Assembly: GCA_949959305.1 (NCBI GenBank)
Contig: CATLJA010000003.1
Location: 11,999 to 75,998 of the forward strand
Origin: an uncultured Oscillibacter sp.
GTDB taxonomy: Bacteria; Bacillota; Clostridia; Oscillospirales; Oscillospiraceae
Reading direction: 5' to 3'
Length of the DNA: 64,000 nt
This document shows positions 1 to 10,447 of this stretch, in pieces. Below the pieces are notes generated by a model, which was given only the letters and a program-made list of their open reading frames with translations, searched no databases and was not told where the DNA came from. How positions within the stretch are numbered: position 1 is the first letter of the stretch; each line of letters begins with the position of its first letter. A program made the position numbers and the translations under genes.

Positions 1-1082
1 AGGACCAGCAGGCCGTTTTCAATCAGCGTATTGGCAATGTCCTTGTTGGTCCAGCCCTCCCGGACCTCGACGCCGATCATCAGCCCCAGGCCCCGGGTCT
101 TCCCGAAGCAGGGCAGGTCCAGCGCCTCGACGCCCTTGCGGAGGTAGTCCCCCTTCTCCCGGACCTCCTGCAAAAATTCGTCGCTGAGTATCTCCTGCAC
201 CACCAGCCCCGCGGCGGCGCAGACGGGGTTCGCGCCGAAGGTGGTGGCGTGGGTCCCCGGGCCCAGCACGTCCCGGCACTTTTCGTTGGCCAGGATGCCG
301 CTCATGGGCAGGCCCCCGGCGATGCCCTTGGCAAAGCTCACCGCGTCGGGGAGAATGCCGTACTGCTGGAAGGCGAACAGCGTGCCCGTCCGGCCCACGC
401 CGGTCTGGACCTCGTCCGCCAGAAACAGCCAGTCCTTCTCCGCGCAGAGGGCCTCCACAGCCTTGACGTAGTCCCTGTCAAGCGGCAGCACGCCGCCCTC
501 CCCCTGGACCAGCTCCACCATGACGGCGCACACGTCCCCCTGGTCCTGGGCCCGCAGCGCCTCCAGGTCGTTGGCGGGGACATAGCGGAAGCCCTCGGTG
601 AAGGGGAAGAAGTAGTTGTGAAACACGTCCTGGCCCGTGGCCTTCAGGGTGGTGATGGTCCGGCCGTGGAAGGAGTTTTTCAGAGTGAGGATGGTGCTCC
701 GGCCCTGGCCGTACCTGTCGAAGCTGTATTTTCTCGCCAGCTTGATCATGCCCTCGTTGGCCTCGCCGCCGCCGTTGGCGAAGAAGACGGCGCTCTCCCC
801 GGTGCGGCGGCAGAGGATTTCCGCCAGCCGGGCGGGGGGCTCGGTGTAAAAGAGGTTGGACACGTGGCCCAGCTTCTCCGCCTGCTCCGCGGCGGCCCTT
901 GCCCAGGGCTTATTGCCATAGCCCAGGGCGGTCACGCCGATGCCGCTGGTGAAATCAATGTAGGCCCGGCCCTCCGGGTCGTAGAGGGTCGCCCCCTCGC
1001 CGTGGTCCAGCGCCACGGGAAAGCGGCCGTAGGTGTTCATGACATACCGCCGCGTCAGGTCCTTGATGGCCTCGGAAGTCAT
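1..1082 (-). CDS. argD: Acetylornithine aminotransferase (runs off the window edge)
   Basis: Manual translation from ATG at 1082: MTSEAIKDLTRRYVMNTYGRFPVALDHGEG...IDFTSGIGV...DEVQTG (class III PLP aminotransferase); ATGA overlap with argB stop. Confidence 0.93.
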   Translation of the reverse strand, partial: MTSEAIKDLTRRYVMNTYGRFPVALDHGEGATLYDPEGRAYIDFTSGIGVTALGYGNKPWARAAAEQAEKLGHVSNLFYTEPPARLAEILCRRTGESAVFFANGGGEANEGMIKLARKYSFDRYGQGRSTILTLKNSFHGRTITTLKATGQDVFHNYFFPFTEGFRYVPANDLEALRAQDQGDVCAVMVELVQGEGGVLPLDRDYVKAVEALCAEKDWLFLADEVQTGVGRTGTLFAFQQYGILPDAVSFAKGIAGGLPMSGILANEKCRDVLGPGTHATTFGANPVCAAAGLVVQEILSDEFLQEVREKGDYLRKGVEALDLPCFGKTRGLGLMIGVEVREGWTNKDIANTLIENGLLV

Positions 1083-1966
1083 AGGGTCTCCTCCTTTTTC
1101 ATCATGGTGCCGATGCCCTCGTCGGAGAGCAGCTCAATAAGGATGGAATGGGGAATGCGCCCGTCCAGAATGTGGACCCGCTCCACGCCGCCGCGAATCG
1201 CGTCCACGCAGCACTGCATCTTGGGAATCATGCCCCCGGAGACGATCCCCTCCTCCACCAGGGCCGGGACCTCCCCGGTGCGGACCACGTGAATAAGGGA
1301 GCTCTCGTCCCCCGGGTTCCGGAGGAGCCCCCGCACGTCGGTGAGCAGAATCAGCTTTTCCGCCCCCAGGGCCTCCGCCAGCCTGGCGGCGGCGGTGTCG
1401 GCGTTGATGTTGTAGGCGGTGTCCGCGTCCACCCCCTGGGCCACGGTGGACACGATGGGGATATAGCCGTGCTCCAGGGCGTTTTTCACCGGCTCGGGAT
1501 TCACGCCGGTAATCCGGCCCACCAGGCCGTACTTTTCGTCCATCTGCACCGCCTGGAACAGCTGCCCGTCCATGCCGCACAATCCCACGGCCCGCCCCCC
1601 CAGGCGGTTGAGCTGGGACACCAGGTCCTTGTTCACCTTGCCGCAGAGGACGGCCTGGACGATATCCATGGTGGTCACGTCGGTATAGCGCAGGCCGTCC
1701 ACAAATTTGGACTCGTGGCCGATCATTTTCAGCATGGCGGAAATCTCCGGCCCGCCTCCGTGGACGGCCACCACCCGGATGCCCACCAGGTTCAGCAGAA
1801 TCACGTCGCTCATGACGGCCCGGCGCAGCTCGTCGGAAATCATGGCGTTGCCGCCGTATTTGACCACAATGGTCTTGCCCGTAAACTTTTGTATGTACGG
1901 CAGGGCCTCGATCAAAGTCTGGGCCTGCTGTTCATGAGAGGACACAAAATCCGCCCCCTTTTTCAA
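1079..1966 (-). CDS. argB: Acetylglutamate kinase
   Basis: VVKYGGNAM, HGGGPEI, NINADTAA, GGMIPK motifs; arg operon context. Confidence 0.96.
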   Translation of the reverse strand: MKKGADFVSSHEQQAQTLIEALPYIQKFTGKTIVVKYGGNAMISDELRRAVMSDVILLNLVGIRVVAVHGGGPEISAMLKMIGHESKFVDGLRYTDVTTMDIVQAVLCGKVNKDLVSQLNRLGGRAVGLCGMDGQLFQAVQMDEKYGLVGRITGVNPEPVKNALEHGYIPIVSTVAQGVDADTAYNINADTAAARLAEALGAEKLILLTDVRGLLRNPGDESSLIHVVRTGEVPALVEEGIVSGGMIPKMQCCVDAIRGGVERVHILDGRIPHSILIELLSDEGIGTMMKKEETL

Positions 1967-2002
1967 ATTATAAACCCGTATTTACAGCCAGGGAATGTCC
2001 GG

Positions 2003-3229
2003 TTAAGTCCGGTAGTCCCCGTTAATCTTGATATAATCGTAGGTGATGTCGCAGCCCCAGCAGGTGCACTCCCCGGCTCCCTCGCCCATGGCGATGCGGA
2101 TTTCCACATCGTGCTCCGTCAGCACCTTCTTGGCAAGCTCCTCGTCAAAGTCCAGCCCCCGGCCCTTGTCGCAGACCTGGACCTCCCCGGCGGCGCTGGC
2201 GAAGTGAACGCTCACCTTGTCCGGGTCAAAGCTCTCCCCGGAGTAGCCCATGGCGCACAGCACCCGGCCCCAGTTGGCGTCCGCGCCGAAAATGGCCGCC
2301 TTGGTCAGGGTGGAGGACACCACGGATTTGGCCACCGTCTCGGCGCTCTTTTCGGACTTCGCTCCGCCGACGGAGCAGGTAATCAGGTGCCGGGCCCCCT
2401 CCCCGTCGGAGGCCATTTTTTTGGCAAGCTCCACGCACAGGGCCTTCAGCGCCGCCAGAAACGCGTCGTAGTCCGCCCCCTTGGCGGCGATAGGCTCGTT
2501 TCCCGCCAGGCCGTTGGCCAGGACCAGGCAGGTATCGTTGGTGGAGGTGTCCCCGTCCACGCTGATGCGGTTGAAGCTCGCCGCCGCCGCCTCCAGCAGG
2601 GCCGCCTTAATCATCTCCGGGGAGATGGCGCAGTCGGTGGTGAGGAAGCAGAGCATGGTCCCCATGTTGGGGTGAATCATGCCGCTGCCCTTGGCGACGC
2701 CGCCCAGGCGGACGGTCCTGCCCCCCACCACGGTCTCCACCGCCGCCTCTTTTTTCACGGTGTCGGTGGTCATGATGGCGTGGCCCGCCGCGTCGCTGGC
2801 CTCCTCCGACCGCTCCAGGGCGGCGCAGAGGGCCGGGACGGCGGCCTCAATGGCCTCCACGTTGATTCGCTGCCCAATCACGCCGGTGGAGCTCACCAGC
2901 ACGTCCTCCGCCCGGCAGCCCAGGGCCCCGGCAGCGGCGGCGCACATGCGCTCCGCGTTCTCCTCCCCCTGGGGGGCGCAGGCGTTGGCGTTTCCGCTGT
3001 TGGCGATAATGGCCCGGGCCTTTCCGTCCGCCAGGTGCCGGAGATCCACATGGATGGGGGCGGCCTTGACTACGTTTTTCGTGAACACCGCCGCCGCCGC
3101 GCAGTCCGTGTCGGACACAATCAGGGCCACGTCCTTCTTCCATTCCGCGTGGGTCTTGACCCCCGCGTGGACTCCCGCCGCCCGGAAGCCCTGGGCGGCG
3201 CAGACGCCGCCGCCGATAAAGTTCAGCAT
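2003..3229 (-). CDS. argJ: Bifunctional ornithine acetyltransferase/N-acetylglutamate synthase
   Basis: IMTTDT, KGSGMIHPNMGTML, DGDTSTND, YIKINGDYRT; start moved to MLNFIGGG after RBS. Confidence 0.96.
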   Translation of the reverse strand: MLNFIGGGVCAAQGFRAAGVHAGVKTHAEWKKDVALIVSDTDCAAAAVFTKNVVKAAPIHVDLRHLADGKARAIIANSGNANACAPQGEENAERMCAAAAGALGCRAEDVLVSSTGVIGQRINVEAIEAAVPALCAALERSEEASDAAGHAIMTTDTVKKEAAVETVVGGRTVRLGGVAKGSGMIHPNMGTMLCFLTTDCAISPEMIKAALLEAAAASFNRISVDGDTSTNDTCLVLANGLAGNEPIAAKGADYDAFLAALKALCVELAKKMASDGEGARHLITCSVGGAKSEKSAETVAKSVVSSTLTKAAIFGADANWGRVLCAMGYSGESFDPDKVSVHFASAAGEVQVCDKGRGLDFDEELAKKVLTEHDVEIRIAMGEGAGECTCWGCDITYDYIKINGDYRT

Positions 3230-3248
3230 ATCCGTTCCTCGCACTTTC

Positions 3249-4199
3249 TCAAAGGGCCAGGCCCTTGGTTTCCTCAAAGCCAAGCATCAGGTTCATGTTC
3301 TGCACCGCCGCGCCGGACGCGCCCTTGCCCAGGTTGTCAAAGAGGGCGGTGACGGTGAAGCGCTCGGAGTTTCCGGCGAGAACGATAGACAGGCAGTCCT
3401 TACCGCTGAATACGTTGCCGTACAGCTCGGCCGCAACGTCTAAATCCCCGCAGAGCGGATCCTCCCTTGTCCGAATCACCGGCTGGTCCCCGTAGTATTC
3501 CCGGAAAGCGCCGCACAGGGCCCGGAGTGTGGCTCCCGCCTTCAACTGGCTGAGGTGGAAGGGAACCGCAGCCGCCATTCCCTTGTAATAGTCGTCCACA
3601 ATGGGAGTGAAGACCGGCGGATGATCCAATCCGCACAGGGTCCGCATCTCCGGCAGATGTTTGTGGCGCTGGAGCAGGGAATAAAGGCAGGGGCTGTCCA
3701 GATGGGGATTTCGGTCCGGGTCCTCGTACTTGGCGATCATCTTCTTCCCGCCGCCGGAGTACCCGGTGAGGGAGAAGCAGGACAGCAGGGCGTCCCGCCC
3801 CAGAAGACCCAGGTCCACGAGGGGACGGACGATGGAGATGAAGCCCGTGGCGTGGCAGCCGGGATTCGCCACCCGCTTGGCAGCGGCGATCTTCTCCCGC
3901 TGGCCGTGGAGCTCCGGGAAGCCGTACGCCCAGCCCTCCGCCGTCCGGTGGGCAGTGGAGCAGTCGATCACCCGGGTATTCCCGTTTTCAATGAGGCTAA
4001 CCGCCTCCACCGCCGCCGCGTCCGGAAGGCAGAGGAAGACCAGATCGGCCTCGTTGAGGAGCTTCCTCCGTTCCGCCGCGTCCTTGCGCTTATCCCCGGC
4101 AATCTGGAGCAGCTCAATGTCCTCCCGCTCCGCCAGGCGGTCGTAAATCTGGAGGCCGGTGGTGCCCTCCCTGCCGTCGATAAATACCTTTGGTTTCAT
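3249..4199 (-). CDS. argC: N-acetyl-gamma-glutamyl-phosphate reductase (type 2)
   Basis: VFIDGREGTTGL, NPGCHATG, DNLGKGASGAAVQNMN. Confidence 0.95.
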   Translation of the reverse strand: MKPKVFIDGREGTTGLQIYDRLAEREDIELLQIAGDKRKDAAERRKLLNEADLVFLCLPDAAAVEAVSLIENGNTRVIDCSTAHRTAEGWAYGFPELHGQREKIAAAKRVANPGCHATGFISIVRPLVDLGLLGRDALLSCFSLTGYSGGGKKMIAKYEDPDRNPHLDSPCLYSLLQRHKHLPEMRTLCGLDHPPVFTPIVDDYYKGMAAAVPFHLSQLKAGATLRALCGAFREYYGDQPVIRTREDPLCGDLDVAAELYGNVFSGKDCLSIVLAGNSERFTVTALFDNLGKGASGAAVQNMNLMLGFEETKGLAL

Positions 4200-4216
4200 G
4201 GGAAGCCTCCCTTTTC

Positions 4217-5599
4217 TCAGCCCCTCCGGGCCTGGATAAACGCCTCAATCTCCTGAATCTGCCGTGTGGTCTCCGCAATGGCCGGGCCGCCGAAGCTCTG
4301 CCGGAGCGCCATGCAGTTTTCCAGCTTCAGCGCCTCGTACACGTCCTCCCCGAACAGGGGGGACACGGCCTGCAGCTCCTCCAGGGTCAGCTCCTCCAGG
4401 GTCTTTCCCCGGGCGGCGCAGGCGGCCACCAGCCGCCCCGCGGCGGTGTAGGCGTCCCGGAAGGGCATGCCCTTTTTCGTCAGGTAGTCGGCGCAGTCCG
4501 TGGCGTTGATGAAGCCCCGGCCCGCCGCGGCGCGCATGTTCTCCGGCAGGACCCGCATGGTGTCCACCATCCCCGTGAACACCGGCAGGCACAGCTCCAC
4601 CGTGTCCAGCGCGTCGAAGACCGGCTCCTTGTCCTCCTGCATATCCTTGTTATACGCCAGGGGCAGGCCCTTCATCACCGTCAGAAGGCCCATCAAATCG
4701 CCGTAGACCCGGCCCGTCTTTCCCCGGACCAGCTCCGCCATATCCGGGTTCTTCTTCTGGGGCATGATGCTGGAGCCGGTGGAATACGCCTCGTCCAGCT
4801 CCACGAACTTGAACTCCCAGCTGCACCAGAGGATGACCTCCTCGGCGAAGCGGCTCAGGTGCATCATGAGGATGGACAGCGCGCCCAGCAGCTCCAGGGC
4901 GTAGTCCCGGTCGCTGACGCCGTCCATGGAGTTGCCGCAGGGGCGGTCGAAGCCCAGGGCCCCGGCGGTCCGCCAGCGGTCAATGGGATAGGTAGTCCCC
5001 GCCAGGGCCCCGGAGCCCAGGGGGCACTCGTTCAGCCGCTTCCGGCAGTCCTCCAGCCGGGTCACGTCCCGGGAGAACTGGGCGGCGTAGGCCAGCAGGT
5101 GCTGGGCGAAGGACACGGGCTGGGCCCGCTGCAAGTGGGTGTAGCCCGGCATCACGGCCCCCTGGTGCTCCTTCGCCCTCCGGCAGAGGACGGCCTCCAG
5201 GTCCAGAAGCTGCCCCGCCACGGTTCCGATTTCCTTCCGCACGTACATGCGGAAGTCCAGGGCCACCTGGTCGTTCCGGGACCGGGCGGTGTGGAGGCGC
5301 TTCCCCGCCTCGCCGATGCGCGCCGTCAGCAGGGCCTCGATATTCATATGGATATCCTCGTTGTCCGGGGAGAATTCCACCTTCCCCGCCTCGATATCCT
5401 CCAGGATGCCCTGCAGGCCGCGGATGATGGCCGCCGCGTCCTCCAGGGAAATCACGCCGCACTGCATCAGCATCTCCGCGTGGGCCATGCTGCCGCCGAT
5501 ATCCTCCCGGTAAAGCCGCTGGTCGAAGTGGATGGAGGACTGGAAATCGTTGGCCAGGGAATCCGTCTCCTTGCTGAACCGCCCGCCCCAAAGTTTCAT
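4217..5599 (-). CDS. argH: Argininosuccinate lyase
   Basis: MKLWGGRF, HTARSRNDQ, GSSIMPQKKNPD. Confidence 0.97.
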   Translation of the reverse strand: MKLWGGRFSKETDSLANDFQSSIHFDQRLYREDIGGSMAHAEMLMQCGVISLEDAAAIIRGLQGILEDIEAGKVEFSPDNEDIHMNIEALLTARIGEAGKRLHTARSRNDQVALDFRMYVRKEIGTVAGQLLDLEAVLCRRAKEHQGAVMPGYTHLQRAQPVSFAQHLLAYAAQFSRDVTRLEDCRKRLNECPLGSGALAGTTYPIDRWRTAGALGFDRPCGNSMDGVSDRDYALELLGALSILMMHLSRFAEEVILWCSWEFKFVELDEAYSTGSSIMPQKKNPDMAELVRGKTGRVYGDLMGLLTVMKGLPLAYNKDMQEDKEPVFDALDTVELCLPVFTGMVDTMRVLPENMRAAAGRGFINATDCADYLTKKGMPFRDAYTAAGRLVAACAARGKTLEELTLEELQAVSPLFGEDVYEALKLENCMALRQSFGGPAIAETTRQIQEIEAFIQARRG

Positions 5600-5743
5600 G
5601 AGATGTCCGCCTTTCCAAGAAATGAAATCATGTTTGCCCCGGCTGCGCGTCACAAAAATTCCTTGGCTCGCGCACCTTGGGCGCGCTCGCCAGTCCGCAG
5701 ACCGGCGGGGGGAATCGAAAGGGGGGACGAAGTCCCCTCCTTC

Positions 5744-6961
5744 TTACAGCTTCCCCTGCTCCCGCAGCGCGAGAACGGTATCGGGAAGCCCCCACAGGTT
5801 GATAAAGCCCGTGGCGTTGGTCTGGTCGTAGGCGCTCTCGTTGAAGGTCACCAGCTCCTCAGAGTACAGGCTCTCGGGAGAGGTGACGGAGGCCGTAATC
5901 ATGTTGCCCTTGTAGAGCTTCAGCTTCACGGAGCCCGTCACGTGCTCCTGGGTCTTGTCGGCGAAGGCGCTGAGGGCCTCCCGCAGGGGGGTGAACCACT
6001 TGCCGTTGTAGACCAGGTCCGCGAAGTCCACCGCCAGCTTGCTCTTCATGTGGGCGGTGTCCTTGTCTATCGTAATCATTTCCAGGCACTGGTGGGCCCT
6101 ATACAAAATCGTGCCGCCCGGGGTCTCGTACACGCCCCGGTCCTTCATGCCCACCAGCCGGTTTTCCACGATGTCCAGAAGGCCGATGCCGTTTTCGCCG
6201 CCTAAGCGGTTGAGCCTGCGGATGATGTCGCTGGCCTTCATCTTCTCGCCGTCCACGGCCACGGGCACGCCCTTTTCAAAATCAATGGTCACGTAGGCGG
6301 GCGCGTCCGGCGCGGCGATGGGGCTCACGCCCATCTCCAAAAAGCCCTCCTTCTCATACTGGGGCTCGTTGGCGGGGTCCTCCAGATCCAGGCCCTCGTG
6401 GCTCAGGTGCCAGAGGTTCTTGTCCTTGGAATAGTTGGTCTCCCGGCTGATTTTCAGGGGGACCTTGTGGGCCTCGGCGTAATCGATCTCCTCGTCCCGG
6501 CCCTTGATGTCCCACTCCCGCCAGGGGGCGATGATGGTCATTTCCGGGGCGAAGCGCTTGATGGCCAGCTCAAACCGGACCTGGTCGTTGCCCTTGCCGG
6601 TGCAGCCGTGGGCGATGGCGTCCGCCCCCTCGGCCTTGGCGATTTCCACCAGCTTCCGGGCGATGATGGGCCGGGCGAAGGCCGTGCCCAGCAGGTACTG
6701 CTCGTAGCTGGCCCCCATCTTCAGGGAGGGGATGATCACCTCGTCCACCATCTCGTCGGTGAGGTCCGCGATGTACAGCTTGCTGGCCCCGGTTTTGAGG
6801 GCCTTCTCCTCCAGGCCGTCCAGCTCCTGCTCCTGGCCCACGTCCCCGGCCACGGCGATGATCTCCACGTCGCCGTAGTTCTCCTTCAGCCAGGGGATGA
6901 TGATGGATGTATCCAGCCCGCCGGAATAGGCGAGGACGACTTTTTTGATGTTCTTTTTCAT
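5744..6961 (-). CDS. argG: Argininosuccinate synthase
   Basis: [42 protein letters not shown]. Confidence 0.97.
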   Translation of the reverse strand: MKKNIKKVVLAYSGGLDTSIIIPWLKENYGDVEIIAVAGDVGQEQELDGLEEKALKTGASKLYIADLTDEMVDEVIIPSLKMGASYEQYLLGTAFARPIIARKLVEIAKAEGADAIAHGCTGKGNDQVRFELAIKRFAPEMTIIAPWREWDIKGRDEEIDYAEAHKVPLKISRETNYSKDKNLWHLSHEGLDLEDPANEPQYEKEGFLEMGVSPIAAPDAPAYVTIDFEKGVPVAVDGEKMKASDIIRRLNRLGGENGIGLLDIVENRLVGMKDRGVYETPGGTILYRAHQCLEMITIDKDTAHMKSKLAVDFADLVYNGKWFTPLREALSAFADKTQEHVTGSVKLKLYKGNMITASVTSPESLYSEELVTFNESAYDQTNATGFINLWGLPDTVLALREQGKL

Positions 6962-7007
6962 AACAGCGCCTCCATTGGTTTTAATGATGTACGAATTATA
7001 CAACTAC

Positions 7008-7025
7008 TATGAATATTTATTCAAT
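7008..7025. promoter_or_regulatory. ARG box (ArgR operator) upstream of the arg operon
   Basis: TATGAATATTTATTCAAT matches WNTGAAT-N4-ATTCANW; a weaker half site (ATACA) lies toward argG. Confidence 0.85.
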
Positions 7026-7208
7026 TGGCGGATTGCACAAGAATGCCGCCGGGCGGGAGGGAAATTTTGCCGCCCGCCGCCTTTCCCGGGGGAAGGATGA
7101 AAAATTTACGGCTATCCCCTTGACATTCCCCCTGGTGGAAGGTGTATCCTGAAGGCACAGTCCAGAAAAGCGCCCCGGCGAAGGCCGGAGCGGGAAAGGA
7201 AACCGAAC

Positions 7209-9317
7209 ATGAAACAAAGAATCAAATCCCTTGGCGCGCTGCTGCTGGCCCTGGCGCTGAGCCTCAGCCTCGCCCTCCCCGCCTCGGCGGCGGAGAGCGG
7301 CAAACTGTCCCTGGACCAGGCCGCCCGGGAGGCGGCGGCCGCCGCCATGACCTACGGCCAGGCCGTCCAAGCCTCCTGGGCCGTGTGGCAGGACGGGGAC
7401 ATCATCGCCAGCGGACGGGAGGGAGAGCCCCGGGAGGACCCCGGCGCCGGGCACCTGCTGGCCCTGGCGGCCGCCTCTCAGGCGGCCGACCTTTACGGCG
7501 CGGGCTCCGTCAGCAAGATTTACACCGCCGCCGCCGTCATGCAGCTGGCGGAGGACGGAAAGCTGGACCTGGACCAGCCGGTGGTGAAGTACCTGCCGGA
7601 GTTCACGATGGCGGACGAGCGCTATCGGGACATCACCGTCCGGATGCTGCTGAACCACTCCTCGGGCCTCATGGGCTCCTCCATGGGCAGCGCCCTCCTG
7701 TTTGAGGACGCCAGCGCCCTTGCCACGGACCAGCTTTTGGAGCGTCTTTCCACCCAGCGCCTCAAGGCGGACCCCGGCGCGTACAGCACCTACTGCAACG
7801 ACGGCTTCACCCTGGCCCAGCTGGTGGTGGAGCGGGTGGCGGACATGAATTTCCAGGACTATCTCCACACCCATATCCTCGCCCCCGCCGGACTGGAGGA
7901 GACCTACTTCCCCGACGAGCTCGTAAACGGCCCTGAGCGCGGCCGGGTGGTCCCCGCTTATCAGGGGGAGGACCCCCGCCCCCTGCCCATGGACTGCCTG
8001 GGCGTGGTGGGCACGGGCGGCATCTACGCCACAGCGGAGGACCTGGCGGCCTTCGGCGGGGCCCTTACCGACGGGACCCTGCTGAAAGCGGCCTCCCTGA
8101 AGGCCATGGCCGCCCCGGAATACGCCAGGGGCCTCTGGCCGGAGGAGGGGCCCGACGCGCTGTCCTTCGGCCTGGGCTGGGACAGCGTGGAGTGGTATCC
8201 CTTCTCCCAAAACAACATCACCGCCCTGGTGAAGGGCGGCGACACCCAGTATTACCACGCCGGGCTGGTAATCCTGCCGGAGTATAAGCTGGCGGCGGCG
8301 GTCCTCAGCTCCGGCGGCTTGTCCACCTATAACGAGATGGCGGCCTCCCAGATGCTCGCCGCCGCGCTGAAGGAGCAGCGCGTGCTGGTGGACGAAAGCC
8401 CCCTGGCGCTGCCGGAATCCAAGCGGGCCCCCATGCCCAGGGAACTGCTGGACAGCGCGGGTTACTACGGCTCCCTGATGGTTTACAAGGTGGATATCTC
8501 CGCGGACGGCACGCTGTCCATGAGCTATCCCGCCATGCCCCAGGTCCCCGCCCAAAGCTTCTATTACCACGCCGACGGGACCTTCCGGGACGAAAACGGC
8601 GCTTCCGCCCTGCGCCTTGCGGAGGTGGAAAACGGCCGGACCTACCTCTATCAGTGGGCCTTTACAAGCCTCCCCGGCCTGGGGGGCCTCCCCACCTCCA
8701 ACTACGCCGCCATGAAGCTGCCGGAGAACCCGGTGGATCCGGCTCTCCAGGAGAAGTGGGACTCCATCATGGGCGGCGCGGTCCTGCCCATGAACGAGCG
8801 GTACAGCTCCCAGGTGTACGCCTCCATGGGGGCCCTGATCCAGGCGGCGGACGCCGGCGCCGTCCAAAGCGCCCCCGGCTACGCCGGCACGCTGCGGATT
8901 GAGGACGGGACCCACCTCCGTTACGCGGTCCAGGTCCCCGGCACCGCCGGGCGGGACGGCAGCGACATGGAGGTCCGCCGGGACGGGGCGGGCACGCTCT
9001 GGTTCTTCCAGTCCAACGGCAGCGTCTACATGGACTTGAACGCCGCCCCCGTCCTCTCCGCCGGGAAGGACGGCAAAGCCTCCTGCGCCATTCAGCCCGA
9101 CGGCTATGCCCGCTGGTACAAAATCGGGGACGGCGCCGCCGGGAAGACCATGACGGTCCAATTGCCGGAGGACGCGGGCTTCTGGGCCTATAACTCTGAC
9201 GGGACCATCGCCGCCTCCTCCGTCCTGTGGGGAAGCGATACCGTCAAGCTGGAGGAGGGCGGCCTCGTCGTCTTTGCCGGAGAGCCCGGCGCGGAATTCC
9301 AGCTCTCCTTCCGGTAA
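7209..9317 (+). CDS. Secreted serine hydrolase, beta-lactamase/class C-like family
   Basis: Signal peptide; GSVSK (SxxK), LLNHSSG, YCN, KGG motifs. Confidence 0.85.
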   Translation: MKQRIKSLGALLLALALSLSLALPASAAESGKLSLDQAAREAAAAAMTYGQAVQASWAVWQDGDIIASGREGEPREDPGAGHLLALAAASQAADLYGAGSVSKIYTAAAVMQLAEDGKLDLDQPVVKYLPEFTMADERYRDITVRMLLNHSSGLMGSSMGSALLFEDASALATDQLLERLSTQRLKADPGAYSTYCNDGFTLAQLVVERVADMNFQDYLHTHILAPAGLEETYFPDELVNGPERGRVVPAYQGEDPRPLPMDCLGVVGTGGIYATAEDLAAFGGALTDGTLLKAASLKAMAAPEYARGLWPEEGPDALSFGLGWDSVEWYPFSQNNITALVKGGDTQYYHAGLVILPEYKLAAAVLSSGGLSTYNEMAASQMLAAALKEQRVLVDESPLALPESKRAPMPRELLDSAGYYGSLMVYKVDISADGTLSMSYPAMPQVPAQSFYYHADGTFRDENGASALRLAEVENGRTYLYQWAFTSLPGLGGLPTSNYAAMKLPENPVDPALQEKWDSIMGGAVLPMNERYSSQVYASMGALIQAADAGAVQSAPGYAGTLRIEDGTHLRYAVQVPGTAGRDGSDMEVRRDGAGTLWFFQSNGSVYMDLNAAPVLSAGKDGKASCAIQPDGYARWYKIGDGAAGKTMTVQLPEDAGFWAYNSDGTIAASSVLWGSDTVKLEEGGLVVFAGEPGAEFQLSFR

Positions 9318-9394
9318 AGCCGCGCAGGCGCGCATAATTTTCAAAAAAGCCCTCCGCCGTGGTATCCGCGGCGGAGGGCTTCCAATTATTTCCC

Positions 9395-10369
9395 TTATTC
9401 CCGGACCAGGTACAGGTTCAGCCAATGGCACAGCTCCTCCAGGGGCAGGTAGGTGGTGCCGCCCTCCTTGACGCAGGGGGCGAAGATGGTCGTCTCCCCT
9501 CTCTCCGGGGTCCAGACGACGTTGTCGCCGGGGTAGACATAAAAGACCACGTCCACATTCTCGTCATACACCACCGCGCCCCGGTTCTTGTCCCAGGACA
9601 CGCTGTATCCGGCGGCCTCGGCAATGGCCCGGATGGGGGCCATCACGCCCGCCTCCGTCTGCTTGCAGAAGATTTCGGGAACGTCCTTGTCCGGCTCCGG
9701 CTGAAAGCCGCTGTTGACCGCGGCGTGCACGCCGTCCCCGCCGGACCGGACGCTGACATAGCCCCGGTAGGCGCAGGGGAACACCAGGACCTTCTCCGCC
9801 GCGCCCTCCGCGTTTTTCCAGACCAGCGCCCGTGTTCCGGGGGTCAGGTCCTCCATCCGCACAATCTGGCGGGTCAGCCAGGGGGTATAGGCGGTCTTGT
9901 CCGTCACCTCCAGGGTTCCGCCGCCGCTCAGGGGGAACCGGAACCCATTCCCTCCGGCGGAGGCCCGCCCGGCAATCTCACAGTATTCCGGCGCCCGGAA
10001 ACCGGCGGGGATGTTCCCCACGATGATCTCGGCGGCCATCTGGGGCGGCAGGCTCAGGGTTATGGCGGGGCCCGCCCAGGCGTACAGGGCGTCCCCCTCC
10101 TTGACGGATTTCAGGTCCAGGGGCAGCCCCGTCACCGCGTCCACCACCGGGGCCTCCCCCGGGTGGATAACCACCTCGCTCAGAGGGTCGTCCTGGTTGT
10201 CGTTTTTCAGGAACAAACCGTCCCTGTCCCAGGAGGAGACTCTGCCCCAGACCCGGACAAAGGCGGGGGCTTCGGCGGGAGCCTCCGCCGCCTCCTCCGC
10301 GGCGGCGGGGACGCACAATGCGGCGGACAGGGCCGCCAGGGTCAAAAGCGAGCTCAACAATTTTTTCAT
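9395..10369 (-). CDS. Secreted protein with C-terminal copper-amine-oxidase-N-like (stalk) domain
   Basis: Signal peptide; MAPIRAIAEAAGYSVSWD and GTTYLPL motifs. Confidence 0.7.
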   Translation of the reverse strand: MKKLLSSLLTLAALSAALCVPAAAEEAAEAPAEAPAFVRVWGRVSSWDRDGLFLKNDNQDDPLSEVVIHPGEAPVVDAVTGLPLDLKSVKEGDALYAWAGPAITLSLPPQMAAEIIVGNIPAGFRAPEYCEIAGRASAGGNGFRFPLSGGGTLEVTDKTAYTPWLTRQIVRMEDLTPGTRALVWKNAEGAAEKVLVFPCAYRGYVSVRSGGDGVHAAVNSGFQPEPDKDVPEIFCKQTEAGVMAPIRAIAEAAGYSVSWDKNRGAVVYDENVDVVFYVYPGDNVVWTPERGETTIFAPCVKEGGTTYLPLEELCHWLNLYLVRE

Positions 10370-10447
10370 AAGTCACTCCTCCATTTTGCAGGCATTTGAT
10401 ATATGACAGGGTCAGTATACCACAGATTTAAAAAACAGGCAAGGGCC